This document shows positions 40,101 to 48,514 of a stretch of 64,000 nt of DNA, piece after piece; positions within the stretch are counted from its first letter, which is position 1, and each line of letters starts with the position of its first letter. The DNA comes from Longimicrobiales bacterium (GTDB taxonomy: Bacteria; Gemmatimonadota; Gemmatimonadetes; Longimicrobiales; Gaopeijiaceae), in NCBI GenBank assembly GCA_965249725.1, contig CBDFMQ010000002.1, positions 32,001-96,000 on the forward strand, read 5' to 3'. The position numbers and the translations under genes are program-made. The notes beneath the pieces were generated by a model. It searched no databases, was not told where the DNA came from, and worked only from the letters and a program-made list of their open reading frames with translations.

Positions 40101-40241
40101 GGAAGGAACCTGTTCCTGTGGTCCAGGATCGAGAACATCGATCCGGAGACTGCGTTCGACGCCAGCAACGTTCAAGGCATCGAGTTCGGTCAGTTCCCGA
40201 CGGCTAGAAGCATCGGGTTCTCCCTCTCGCTGCGTCCATAA
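37110..40241 (+). CDS. susC: SusC/RagA-family TonB-dependent receptor
   Basis: VTALGVKREKRSLGYSVQ, NNQPLFIVDG, ISVLKGPNAAALYGSRA, GRNDWSSTLP, LKPEETT, YIKLREV, IDPE, ends FSLSLRP. Confidence 0.96.
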   Translation: MKSLRLIRLLMLGVLLVPMTLGAQEMRTVTGTITQQETLQPFPGVEVLVKGTKILAVTDAQGFYTLRVPANSSALIISYLGYRTQEMPIAARVDVEMFQEAIGIEGLTVTALGVKREKRSLGYSVQDVTGREISEVPEINIVNSLKGNIAGVQITDAGPTGGSARIVIRGASSISGNNQPLFIVDGVPIDNSAQGNEGYGGIDYGNTASDLDPANIEAISVLKGPNAAALYGSRAAAGAVVITTKSGTGAPGGGLGVTASMSLTMEEPLRLPSYQNEYGQGLFGEYQFVDGAGAGLWDFVDESWGPKLDGRLIDQFTGPNQPWVAHPDNVRSFFRTGSTLNTNVAISRAGERSNVRLSITDMELRGMTPGNTMQRIGVALKGGATLTDRLSAEASLNYIDQEGVNRPGTGYDEDNPMQSFIWFGRQVDMEPLRNYECQGSEPTACTADGGQYNWNYNYHNNPFWEALVNGNGDERDRLMGHLNLDYQINDWVTASARAGRDWYRDHRKRVTAPNSLDDSGHGSFGEETLYRSETNIDLLVSATRELTSDFTLDLAVGGNNRENNYEAGGVTVSKLTVPGIYTIDNAAATPSPWDLIRKKEVRSVYGSASLHYAGYWNVDLTGRNDWSSTLPEGNNSYFYPSVSTAFVFTDAFQMQNEILSFGKVRGSWTRVGNDADPYQLAAVFSAQDGWGGTPMFAVPNELPNTTLKPEETTAWEVGADLGFFNERLGFVLTYYKRETANQILGVEVSRTSGYQRQVLNAGKVENKGLELLLRATPVELDNGFTWDMTVNWSKNTSEVTELFGDLETLVLGSYWSMNIEARLNEPYGAFYGNGYLRNDNGDLMLTSGGLPQQDPVRRVLGNYNPDWIAGVQNRFSWGPMDVSVLVDGQSGGDVFSVTNWFGEYAGVLQSSLQGREIDFCDPGIVVGGILPDGSRNGDGANEVMVCPQDYFGRNFGINAASIDDASYIKLREVRLGYELPDAWVDRVGFTGGNLSLIGRNLFLWSRIENIDPETAFDASNVQGIEFGQFPTARSIGFSLSLRP

Positions 40242-40257
40242 CGGCAGAAAGGCTTAA

Positions 40258-41703
40258 ATGATGAACAGAACGAGACTTGCCCATGTGGCAGCTTTCGTCG
40301 GCCTTGTCTGGACCGCCGCGGCGTGCACGGATGGGCTGACCGACATCAACACCAACCCGAATGCGCCGACCGACGTACCGGCTCAATTCCTGCTTCCGCA
40401 GTCGATCCAGAACACGGTTCAGGCGGCATTCGGCACCGGACAGATGCTTCAACACACGGGCCTCTGGCCTCAGCATTTCGTCCAGATCCAGTATCCGGAA
40501 GAGGAGCAGGGACAGGTTCGCGCGTCCGGGATGGAGGCGTACTGGACTGGCTATTACTCCGGCGGGCTGAAGGACGTCCAACTGGTGATTGAGAAAGGCA
40601 TGGAGGGTGGTGAGGCCAACATCGAGGGTGTTGGCAGGATCTGGAAGTCGTGGGTGTTCCACATCGTGACGGACCTCTGGGGCGATGTGCCCTATTCCGA
40701 GGCCCTGAACGGTGAGGAGAATGCGATTCCCGTCTACGACAGCCAGGCGGCCATCTACGATGGTCTGTTCGCCGATCTGACGACGGGCGCGTCCATGGTA
40801 GGTTCGGGCAGCGCCGACTTTGCGGCCGGCGACATTCTCTATGGCAACGACTTCACCAAATGGCGGAAATTCGCCAACTCCCTTCGCATGCGTTTAGCCA
40901 TGCGGCTGTCGGCGATCGATGCAGGGAAGGCGCAGACGGAGTTCGCGGCTGCGTTCGCCGCCGGGGGCTTCACGAGTAACGCGGACAACGCGTTCCTCGA
41001 CTACCCGGGATCTCCCTACGAGGCCCCGTTTTACGAGAACTACCTCACGCGCGACGACAACGGCGTGAGCCGGACCATGATCAACATGCTGGACGGCCTG
41101 AACGATCCGCGCCTCGCGCTGTATGCGGAGCCGGCGGCTCAGGATGACGTATATCGTGGGCACGAGAATGGCTCGGACGACCTGCCTCCGGGGCAGTCGC
41201 TGGCCTTCTTTTCCCGGATTGGAGATTTCTGGCGTGAGGATGGGGCTGCGACACCGAGCCCGATCATGACGTACGCCGAGGTCCTTTTCCTCCAGGCGGA
41301 AGCGGCTGCGAGGGGTTGGATCAGCGGAGATCCGGCGACCTTCTACATGGACGCCATCGAAGCCAACATGAACATGTACGACGCGTACGGCGCAGGTCCG
41401 ACCGACGCGGAGATCGCAGCCTATGTGGCTCAGCCGGAGATCGCCTACACCGGCATGGACGACATCCATCTCCAGAAGTGGATCGCACTCTGGATGAACG
41501 GGTCTGAGGCGTTCTCGAACTGGCGTCGCACAGATTCGCCGACGCTCATCGCCGGTCCGGATCTGATCGTCAGCCGGATCCCGATTCGTTTCTCCTACCC
41601 GGACAGTGAACAGTCGTTGAACAATGCCAACATGACCGCGGCAATCTCGCGGCAAGGTGGTGGACTCGACCTGGTCACCCCGGTCTGGTGGGATGTGAAC
41701 TGA
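40258..41703 (+). CDS. susD: SusD/RagB-family lipoprotein
   Basis: Lipobox AAAC, INTNPN, TDLWGDVPYSEA, WRKFANSLRMR, YAEVLFLQAEA, QKWIAL, VWWD. Confidence 0.95.
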   Translation: MMNRTRLAHVAAFVGLVWTAAACTDGLTDINTNPNAPTDVPAQFLLPQSIQNTVQAAFGTGQMLQHTGLWPQHFVQIQYPEEEQGQVRASGMEAYWTGYYSGGLKDVQLVIEKGMEGGEANIEGVGRIWKSWVFHIVTDLWGDVPYSEALNGEENAIPVYDSQAAIYDGLFADLTTGASMVGSGSADFAAGDILYGNDFTKWRKFANSLRMRLAMRLSAIDAGKAQTEFAAAFAAGGFTSNADNAFLDYPGSPYEAPFYENYLTRDDNGVSRTMINMLDGLNDPRLALYAEPAAQDDVYRGHENGSDDLPPGQSLAFFSRIGDFWREDGAATPSPIMTYAEVLFLQAEAAARGWISGDPATFYMDAIEANMNMYDAYGAGPTDAEIAAYVAQPEIAYTGMDDIHLQKWIALWMNGSEAFSNWRRTDSPTLIAGPDLIVSRIPIRFSYPDSEQSLNNANMTAAISRQGGGLDLVTPVWWDVN

Positions 41704-41728
41704 CGTTCACTGATCACCCGATAGCGAA

Positions 41729-41763
41729 ACGCCCCCCGTGGTTCTCCACGGGGGGCGTATTTC
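41729..41763 (+). terminator. Intrinsic terminator after susD (possibly bidirectional)
   Basis: acgccccccgtg-gttctc-cacggggggcgt 12-bp stem followed by attt. Confidence 0.8.
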
Positions 41764-41787
41764 GTTCCGATCGCGGCTAGCGCGCTA

Positions 41788-42249
41788 TTATCCGATGTTG
41801 CGCATGAAGATCAGGATGAGACCGTGCGCGTGCGTGGCGTATCCGGGACGCTTCGTGAAGCCCTGCGGGTACACCTCAACGGTCTCGACGTCGTGGCTAC
41901 GCAGGGACTCGAGGATACAGGTGTCCGTGGAGAGCGTGCCGTCCACATATACCTTCGGCATGATCACTCGCTGGAAGGCCACCTGCTGGCGGATGTTGAC
42001 CTCGGGGCAATTGCCACCGGTTCTCCGCACTTTAAAGTTCGGGACCTTGCCTTCCATGGTCCCGAGGATTGAGCCGCGCCCGTCGCTCAACGCCGTACCC
42101 GACAGGATGATGGCGCCGTCCCGCATGTTGATCCCGCTATCCGGACGAGGTTGGGAATTTGGAAACTGCGTCCGCTGACAAGCGGCCAGCATGAGCACGC
42201 TAAGGAGGAGTGTGGTGCTCCGGGCTGGTCCCAAGGCTTGTACGGACAT
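41788..42249 (-). CDS. Small plug-like lipoprotein
   Basis: Lipobox LAAC; PKVYVDG..DVETVEVYPQG..GLILIF. Confidence 0.7.
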   Translation of the reverse strand: MSVQALGPARSTTLLLSVLMLAACQRTQFPNSQPRPDSGINMRDGAIILSGTALSDGRGSILGTMEGKVPNFKVRRTGGNCPEVNIRQQVAFQRVIMPKVYVDGTLSTDTCILESLRSHDVETVEVYPQGFTKRPGYATHAHGLILIFMRNIG

Positions 42250-42410
42250 GACTTGTCTCTCCCTCGGTGGAGACGCGTCGTCCGTCCCCGTGCTGGTGCC
42301 GTGTAATGGCACCATACCCTTCCTTGAGTCATACGGGCTAGGGGGAGATCCCTTTCGCGAGCCATCGGCCTATATTGATGCGATGTGCGGCTTCCTGAGC
42401 AAGAGACGCA

Positions 42411-44408
42411 ATGGAACGATCCACGGACGGCCCTGAAACGGAGGGCCCTGAAAGGCAGAGCGCGGCGGTAACCACGGCCAAGGGGTCGAGTCTTCGTTGG
42501 CCTCCCCCGGGGCTGGAGCGACTCCAGGGCGACGTTTGGAACGTCGTGCGCAGTGGTACCTTGGCGGCGCTGATCCTGGTCTTCCCCCTTCTCTTGTCGA
42601 TCTCGCTGGAGCAGGACTTCTGGAGCCTCGGTCCACTCGGTAGCGCATGGTGGGTAATCCTCATCACGACAGGCGTCGGGCTTGGTCTGGTGCTGGAGAT
42701 GTTCATCACCCTCATGCGTTTGCTTCGGCGCGCCGCCCAGGCCGTCGAGAGGGGTTATCGATGGCAGATCGTGGCCCAGGTGGCGTGCGACGCGCGCCGG
42801 GACACCGGCTTCCTGCTTCAGGGGGCTCGGTGGTACGGCATCCTGGACGAGAGAGGTCGGAGGCGGGTGGCCGGCCTGCGACTCCTCGGTGCGGCCCTCC
42901 AGGTGGTTTCCATCCTGTGGCTCTCGGCGGGCTTTGCCGTTGCCATGCTCTTGGCGGCATACGGAACGTTCACGGCCACCGGCGTGATCCTGTTCACATT
43001 AGGGCCGGCAGCGGCGTGCCTCCTCGTGGCCCTTCTCGTTCGCACCGTCGAGGGTCTCGAAGTCCGTGGGGCTCGTAAGGAATGGTTCAGCCAGCCTTGG
43101 GCCGAGGAACTCGAGGTCAGCGAAGTAGAGGAGTGGCAGACGGTTCTATCCGGGGACGAGGGTTGGCGTACCCCCGGCGCGGCGGCGCCTCAGGCGAGGA
43201 TGCTGCGCCTGTCGGCCATCGCAGTGGGTGTTCTGGGAATTCTCGCTGTCGTGCCCCCGTTCACCTTGGCTCCAACGTCGGCCATCGGGCCGATCATGGC
43301 ATCCGTCGCCATCCCCCGGTTCGCCCAGACGCAGGAGCGCGCCGCCCGCGCCGAGGCTTACCGGCCGTACCGGCTCGCGCCGAATACGAATGTGGATCCA
43401 GTCGGGGCCGGCCGTCTCTTGCAGACGCTGATGCATGTGGGCCGTAGGGCAGGGCGCACCGCCGGCGAGCTGCCACCCCCGCAGAACTACTTCGAACCTT
43501 GGTTCCCGTCGGCCGATGGCATGGGTGGCCCCACGGGAATCGACCCGCAGCGCTGGGGCCAGGAGCTGCTGCCTCGCGCTCGATCGTTGTCGCCTGATGA
43601 ACTCGCCTACCTGGGTGCCGTCGCATCGCACGAAGCACATGGGGAGTTCTCTCGACTGTCTGTGACGGCGGAGCTCGATGCGATGGCCGGCCGATGGGAG
43701 ATCCCGTTCGATGGAGTCGGCATGGCCACGCTCCCGGTCCCGAGGTTCAACCTCCTGACTCAGGGTGCCCATGCCCACGTCGGCAAGGCCATATACGAGC
43801 TGGCCCTGGGGGATGAGGGGCGAGCAGAGGCGACCATCCGGGAGGCTCTCTCACTGGGCTTCCTGCTTGCCGATGACGGGCCCACCCTCATCGACAATCT
43901 GATCGGCTTTGCGCTGGTCAACATGGGCGGCAGGGCCCTGGACTCCTTCTATGAGACCACGGGTCGTGCGTCAGATCTCGCCGCATTGCGGCAGGCTCGC
44001 GGCGCGGCCCTGCGAGCAGCTCAGGTGCTCACCCAGGGCCGGGCCGAGACGCTGGAGGGGACGCTGGCAGAGCTCCCACAGATCGCGTCCAGCCCGGTGA
44101 CCCTGAGGGGCCTGCGTTGGGAGTCTTTTACGCTCACGAACACCATCGCCCCGTGCATCAACCTGAATCGGGTCGTCTTCGGACCCGATATGTACTACGC
44201 GCAGTGGGTGGAGGATGTACGGGAGTCGTTGGTTCGGTGGCCCTCGGAAGAGGCACTCTTCGACCTCGCATTGGATGGATACTTCGGAGCACCTCCCGAT
44301 CCCGGTAGCTCGAGTCTGCTAGGCCGAATGCTGGGCATCGTGATGGGCGGGAAGGGGACCCCGGGGAGCTGTTCCGCAGTCTTCAGTCGCCTCAGTGCGG
44401 GACGATAG
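42411..44408 (+). CDS. Hypothetical multi-pass membrane protein with large soluble C-terminal domain
   Basis: 665 aa ORF with about five hydrophobic segments in the N-terminal half; no family recognised. Confidence 0.7.
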   Translation: MERSTDGPETEGPERQSAAVTTAKGSSLRWPPPGLERLQGDVWNVVRSGTLAALILVFPLLLSISLEQDFWSLGPLGSAWWVILITTGVGLGLVLEMFITLMRLLRRAAQAVERGYRWQIVAQVACDARRDTGFLLQGARWYGILDERGRRRVAGLRLLGAALQVVSILWLSAGFAVAMLLAAYGTFTATGVILFTLGPAAACLLVALLVRTVEGLEVRGARKEWFSQPWAEELEVSEVEEWQTVLSGDEGWRTPGAAAPQARMLRLSAIAVGVLGILAVVPPFTLAPTSAIGPIMASVAIPRFAQTQERAARAEAYRPYRLAPNTNVDPVGAGRLLQTLMHVGRRAGRTAGELPPPQNYFEPWFPSADGMGGPTGIDPQRWGQELLPRARSLSPDELAYLGAVASHEAHGEFSRLSVTAELDAMAGRWEIPFDGVGMATLPVPRFNLLTQGAHAHVGKAIYELALGDEGRAEATIREALSLGFLLADDGPTLIDNLIGFALVNMGGRALDSFYETTGRASDLAALRQARGAALRAAQVLTQGRAETLEGTLAELPQIASSPVTLRGLRWESFTLTNTIAPCINLNRVVFGPDMYYAQWVEDVRESLVRWPSEEALFDLALDGYFGAPPDPGSSSLLGRMLGIVMGGKGTPGSCSAVFSRLSAGR

Positions 44409-44479
44409 CCGCCCACGTCAGATCTCGTTGACGGCCCCAGACCGTCTGTTAGGTTCCACCAGGATCTCAGCAGCATCAA

Positions 44480-44553
<74 letters not shown>

Positions 44554-44646
44554 TTAGAATATGTTATAAAATAAGGGATCTTTGGCGATCCCGCCGGGTA
44601 TCCGATTCCAAACAGTAACAAGTAACAGTAACGGGAATCGATACTC

Positions 44647-45732
44647 ATGCCCCGGATCTACACCCGCGATCAGGGTGGAAACCTCCGCTATTATGCCGAC
44701 CTACGTGACATCGGTGGCGGACAAGTGGCGCTCAAGCCGCCTGGATCATCTCGCGCCACCACCGATGAGATCGAGGCCCACAAGCTCCTCGCCGCCAGAA
44801 TCGAACATCTCCAGGGCACGGTGCCCGCAAGTGGCACGGCTCGTCTTCGACCGTTCGTGGATGAGTTCGTCAGCCAGAATCCCGGCGAGGTAACCGAGGA
44901 GTGGCTCCACGACACCGAGCTTCGACTACTCAAGGCGGTGGAGTATTTCGGGGCGGATCGTGACCTCGTTAGCATAGAGCCCAAGCATATCCGCGAGTGG
45001 CTGAACAAGAAGCTCTCCCATCTCGCCAACGGCACCCAGCGCCACTACCTGCACGCCCTCTCAGGGCTCTATAGGTACGCCCAGGAGCTTGGGGTAGTGC
45101 CAGTGGCGTACAACCCTGTCGGCGGACTCTACCGCAAGCCATCCATCGTCAAGAAACGGCAACGCACGGATGAGTTCTTCGAGATTGATGAAGCTGCCGG
45201 ATTTCTCGATGCTGCTCGAAAGTTGGACCTGCATCATGAATTGATTGCCACCTATCTGCTCACTGGTGGAAGACGCAACGAGGTCTTCGGGCTGCTCGTC
45301 GGAGACATCGACTTCGAGAACGGCATCGTCAGAATCCAACCCAACGAGCACCGAAGGCTCAAGCGTGTTTGGAGCGAAAGGGCCGTGCCGCTATGGCCTC
45401 AGCTTGAGGAAATTCTCTGGCCCTACGTGGAGGGGTTGGACTCATCTGAAGACCAACTAGTGTTCCCCAGCGGGACGGGGGGAATCATCACGGATCTGCG
45501 GAAACCCCTGAGCTTCATCGGCGCGAAGGCTGACTTGCCTGAGCCTCGCCTCACCAAGTTCCGTCACACATATGCTACCGCCCGACTCCAGACCACAGAC
45601 GGGGGTGAGCAGATCGCCCTCTGGACAGTGGCGAAGGAGCTAGGTCATAAGAACGTATCGCGTGTGGAAGACACCTATGGTCATCCCAGCCACTATCGCC
45701 AGAGAAGTGAAGTAGTGGAGTATCGAGTGTGA
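44647..45732 (+). CDS. Tyrosine recombinase/integrase
   Basis: TGGRRNE (Arg), TKFRHTYA (H-x-x-R box with Lys), LGH, TYGH (Tyr); starts 94 bp after tRNA-Arg. Confidence 0.92.
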   Translation: MPRIYTRDQGGNLRYYADLRDIGGGQVALKPPGSSRATTDEIEAHKLLAARIEHLQGTVPASGTARLRPFVDEFVSQNPGEVTEEWLHDTELRLLKAVEYFGADRDLVSIEPKHIREWLNKKLSHLANGTQRHYLHALSGLYRYAQELGVVPVAYNPVGGLYRKPSIVKKRQRTDEFFEIDEAAGFLDAARKLDLHHELIATYLLTGGRRNEVFGLLVGDIDFENGIVRIQPNEHRRLKRVWSERAVPLWPQLEEILWPYVEGLDSSEDQLVFPSGTGGIITDLRKPLSFIGAKADLPEPRLTKFRHTYATARLQTTDGGEQIALWTVAKELGHKNVSRVEDTYGHPSHYRQRSEVVEYRV

Positions 45733-46307
45733 AGGAGAGAGCGATGACGTGTAGAGGCGTTCGACCTGACGGAGGCCAGTGCATGTGCCCAGAAGAGTAC
45801 TTGGACCAGTCCACAGGGCTTTGTGCCTCCTGCGCGGCACCGGAGAGCAAGGCACTCGTACCTGTAGTTTCGACGGCTCTAACGACGGATGAGGAGCGGG
45901 ATGTGTTACACGCGGGGCTACGGCCTCATGCGCGTGAGTTCCTGCGTGCCTTCGCTGAGACGCTCACGATCGCCGACGCTGCTGATCTCGTAGGTGTGGC
46001 CCGCTCCACTCACTACAAATGGCTGAAGAACATGCCAGGCTATCCCGAGGCGTTCGAGTACGCCCAGAGGGAAGCGAAGGACCAATGGCATGCGATCCTA
46101 AAGGAACGTGTGGATAATGGTCTAGAGGAGTTGTTGTACGACGGTGACGGCAATCTGAAGCACCGCCGTATTCGACAGGATGGCGCACTCTTGAAGATGC
46201 AGATGATGGCCGTAGATCCCGACACGTTCAACCCGGACCGTAGCAAGAACAGCGACGTGACGATCAACATTTTACAGAAACAAGAGTGGGTTGACGCCAA
46301 CGATTGA
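45729..46307 (+). CDS. HTH protein resembling a phage terminase small subunit
   Basis: N-terminal Cys cluster, then EFLRAFAETLTIADAADLVGVARSTHYKW..YPEAFEYA..DGALLKMQMMAVDPDTF; GTGA-coupled to the integrase. Confidence 0.55.
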   Translation: MKERAMTCRGVRPDGGQCMCPEEYLDQSTGLCASCAAPESKALVPVVSTALTTDEERDVLHAGLRPHAREFLRAFAETLTIADAADLVGVARSTHYKWLKNMPGYPEAFEYAQREAKDQWHAILKERVDNGLEELLYDGDGNLKHRRIRQDGALLKMQMMAVDPDTFNPDRSKNSDVTINILQKQEWVDAND

Positions 46308-46714
46308 TTCTCCCCGAGAGATCCACCCAGACTGTTGTCGAGGAACCACGCATATTCATACGCCGACACCAGGTCCTCGGGGGACGCATAAGCATCCAAC
46401 CGGGCAACCGGCGGTGCTCTTCTGCGCGTAATCCCTAGTGATTCAGGGATTCCTGACGTGCGTATAACCAGTATTATGTAAAGCTGGAGCCGTTTCGGCG
46501 CGCTTAATCCGCATAGTTATCAGCGGGGCTTGGACGGAAGGTAGATGCCTTCCGTTGATGCCTCCGAGGACCCTCTTGGGGGTGGCCCGATCCTGGCCTT
46601 ACCAACTCATGCATCGACCAGCCTAAGGATTCTTCAACGACCGCGCGTTATCCATTCTATACTTCCGCCCTGGCACTTTTTCGGGATTCTGAAATCCGGT
46701 TGACGGGGTAGGAG

Positions 46715-47212
46715 TTGCGGTGGTCACTGTATACATCTAGCTCGCGCGCTTCGCTTGCGGTCCACATCTTGGTCGGGCAGGAGAATCGCAATCCGCTGGA
46801 TGGCACCTTGAGTGGGGAGTACCGTTCATTGTTCCAAAGTCTCGTGGCTAGGCTCCCGAGGTTCGTTCGTCGCTGGCCGTTGACGATCCTCTGCTTGATG
46901 TCGGGGCTGGCTTTCGCCCTGGGCATGCTAGCGTTTCGAGGACCCGAACCGAATTCACGTATCGCGAATTTCTTCTATGCTCTCTACGTGATCGCCATCA
47001 TCCCGGTCGTGTTCTCCGTGGTGCTGTCTGCGGGACTATGGGGGGATCTGGAGGTGGTGGATCGCTTGCCCGATGCCGTACAACTCTTCCTAGGTCTTGT
47101 GTTGGCGGTCTCGCCCTTCCTTATCATGGACGTGGCGCTACAACTCAAGCGTCGGAAGGACCGGAAACGACCCGGAGACCAGGACGGTGAGTCGATTCGA
47201 CTTTGGACCTGA
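46715..47212 (+). CDS. Hypothetical membrane protein
   Basis: Three hydrophobic segments and a basic tail; start uncertain. Confidence 0.45.
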   Translation: MRWSLYTSSSRASLAVHILVGQENRNPLDGTLSGEYRSLFQSLVARLPRFVRRWPLTILCLMSGLAFALGMLAFRGPEPNSRIANFFYALYVIAIIPVVFSVVLSAGLWGDLEVVDRLPDAVQLFLGLVLAVSPFLIMDVALQLKRRKDRKRPGDQDGESIRLWT

Positions 47213-47351
47213 CGCCGGGGTGCCCAATGTCGATTTCCTTATAAAGCCCGAAGACGCTCAGAACGCAATTGCAGGCGTCTTGAGGCGGATCTTGCTTGCG
47301 CTTCCCGACCTGCGGATAGGATGTTGGTCCGTCTGATTCGGGAGTCTCGCC

Positions 47352-47625
47352 ATGTCCGACCCAGTCTCCCGCCTGAACGCTGCTCTAAAAGGCCGCTACA
47401 CCATCGAGCGTGAGTTGGGTGAAGGTGGGATGGCCACGGTCTACCTCGCCCGCGACAGGAACCTCGGCCGCGGGATTGCCCTCAAACTGTCCGCCGCCGC
47501 CCTCATCACCGTATTGCATTACGGCCTGCTCCAAACGCTCTGCGCGCAGAACGCGGTCCTGCCTTCATTGGATCCGACATTGGACATCGATCAGTACACT
47601 CAGCGTGTTTGGTCGACGGAGGTCG
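47352..47625 (+). pseudogene. Chimeric remnant: Ser/Thr kinase N-lobe joined to start of a propeller-type sensor
   Basis: RYTIERELGEGGMATVYLARD..RGIALK (subdomains I-II only), then LDPTLDIDQYTQRVWSTE, resembling the start of two-component regulator propeller sensors. Confidence 0.7.
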
Positions 47626-47853
47626 CGTCCCCTACTCGGGGCCGGGGCCGTGCGGCATCTCCTGCCCATCCACGCATCCCATCGTCTCGTCCTTGCATGG
47701 GCGGACGGTGACCGTGCACCTTGACATGGGCACGGCCTCGCAAGGGGACGCTCCTGGGGTGTCTCGGCTCGATCGAGGAGCGTGCTGAACTCGGCAAGGG
47801 CCTTTGAATCCCTTTCCCTCAAGAAAGAGCCCCGACCGGTTCTGGACGACGAC

Positions 47854-48447
47854 ATGCAAGGACGGATCATCTCGCTGCCACGCCTCTTCCAGGCGGGGGC
47901 TTTTCTTGCGTCATCGCTCGCGGGGGCTCATCCCGTCTCGGCGGCGGACACACTGACTGTCAAAGCGGTTCCAGGAGTGGAGTCCCTCTCCTGGGCATCG
48001 GCGTCCCCAGCGGATACTCTGAAGGGGGCCGACTACTACTCGGTGGACCTCAGGCCCCTTCGTACAGCTCCGAACCAGGCGCGTGGCAGGGCGGCGGTCT
48101 GGTTCGCCGACTCCCCCTTCGCGGTTGCCGTCACCGCCGAGGGCCTCTATGTATGGGAGTTCGCGCTCCGCGTGCAGAATCTCCCGAGAAGGCCGGACGT
48201 GACCTATGTGGCGTGGCTGGCCGCCCCGGATCTCGAGCCGCTCCACAAGCTGGGTGTCGTGGAGGAGGCGCGGGAGCTTACCGGGCGGGTCGACTTCGAC
48301 AACCAGTTCATTCTCTTCGTCACGGCCGAGGAGGATGCCGATGTCGACAGACCCCGGGGTATGGTCATGCTCCGGGGGATCTCCCGGAGCGGCTATCTCG
48401 ACTCCCTGTTCAGCCACGGATTCTGCCCCCGGAACGAAGTGTGCTGA
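47854..48447 (+). CDS. Secreted hypothetical protein
   Basis: Signal peptide VSA-A; SPFAVAVT, TYVAWL, KLG, FILFVTAE, VMLRG; co-oriented with the downstream propeller gene. Confidence 0.65.
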   Translation: MQGRIISLPRLFQAGAFLASSLAGAHPVSAADTLTVKAVPGVESLSWASASPADTLKGADYYSVDLRPLRTAPNQARGRAAVWFADSPFAVAVTAEGLYVWEFALRVQNLPRRPDVTYVAWLAAPDLEPLHKLGVVEEARELTGRVDFDNQFILFVTAEEDADVDRPRGMVMLRGISRSGYLDSLFSHGFCPRNEVC

Positions 48448-48514
48448 AGGCGCGCTACGCCGCCGGGGACCGGACGGCCCGCCTCAATCTCACCGCAACA
48501 AAGGAGGAATCCCG

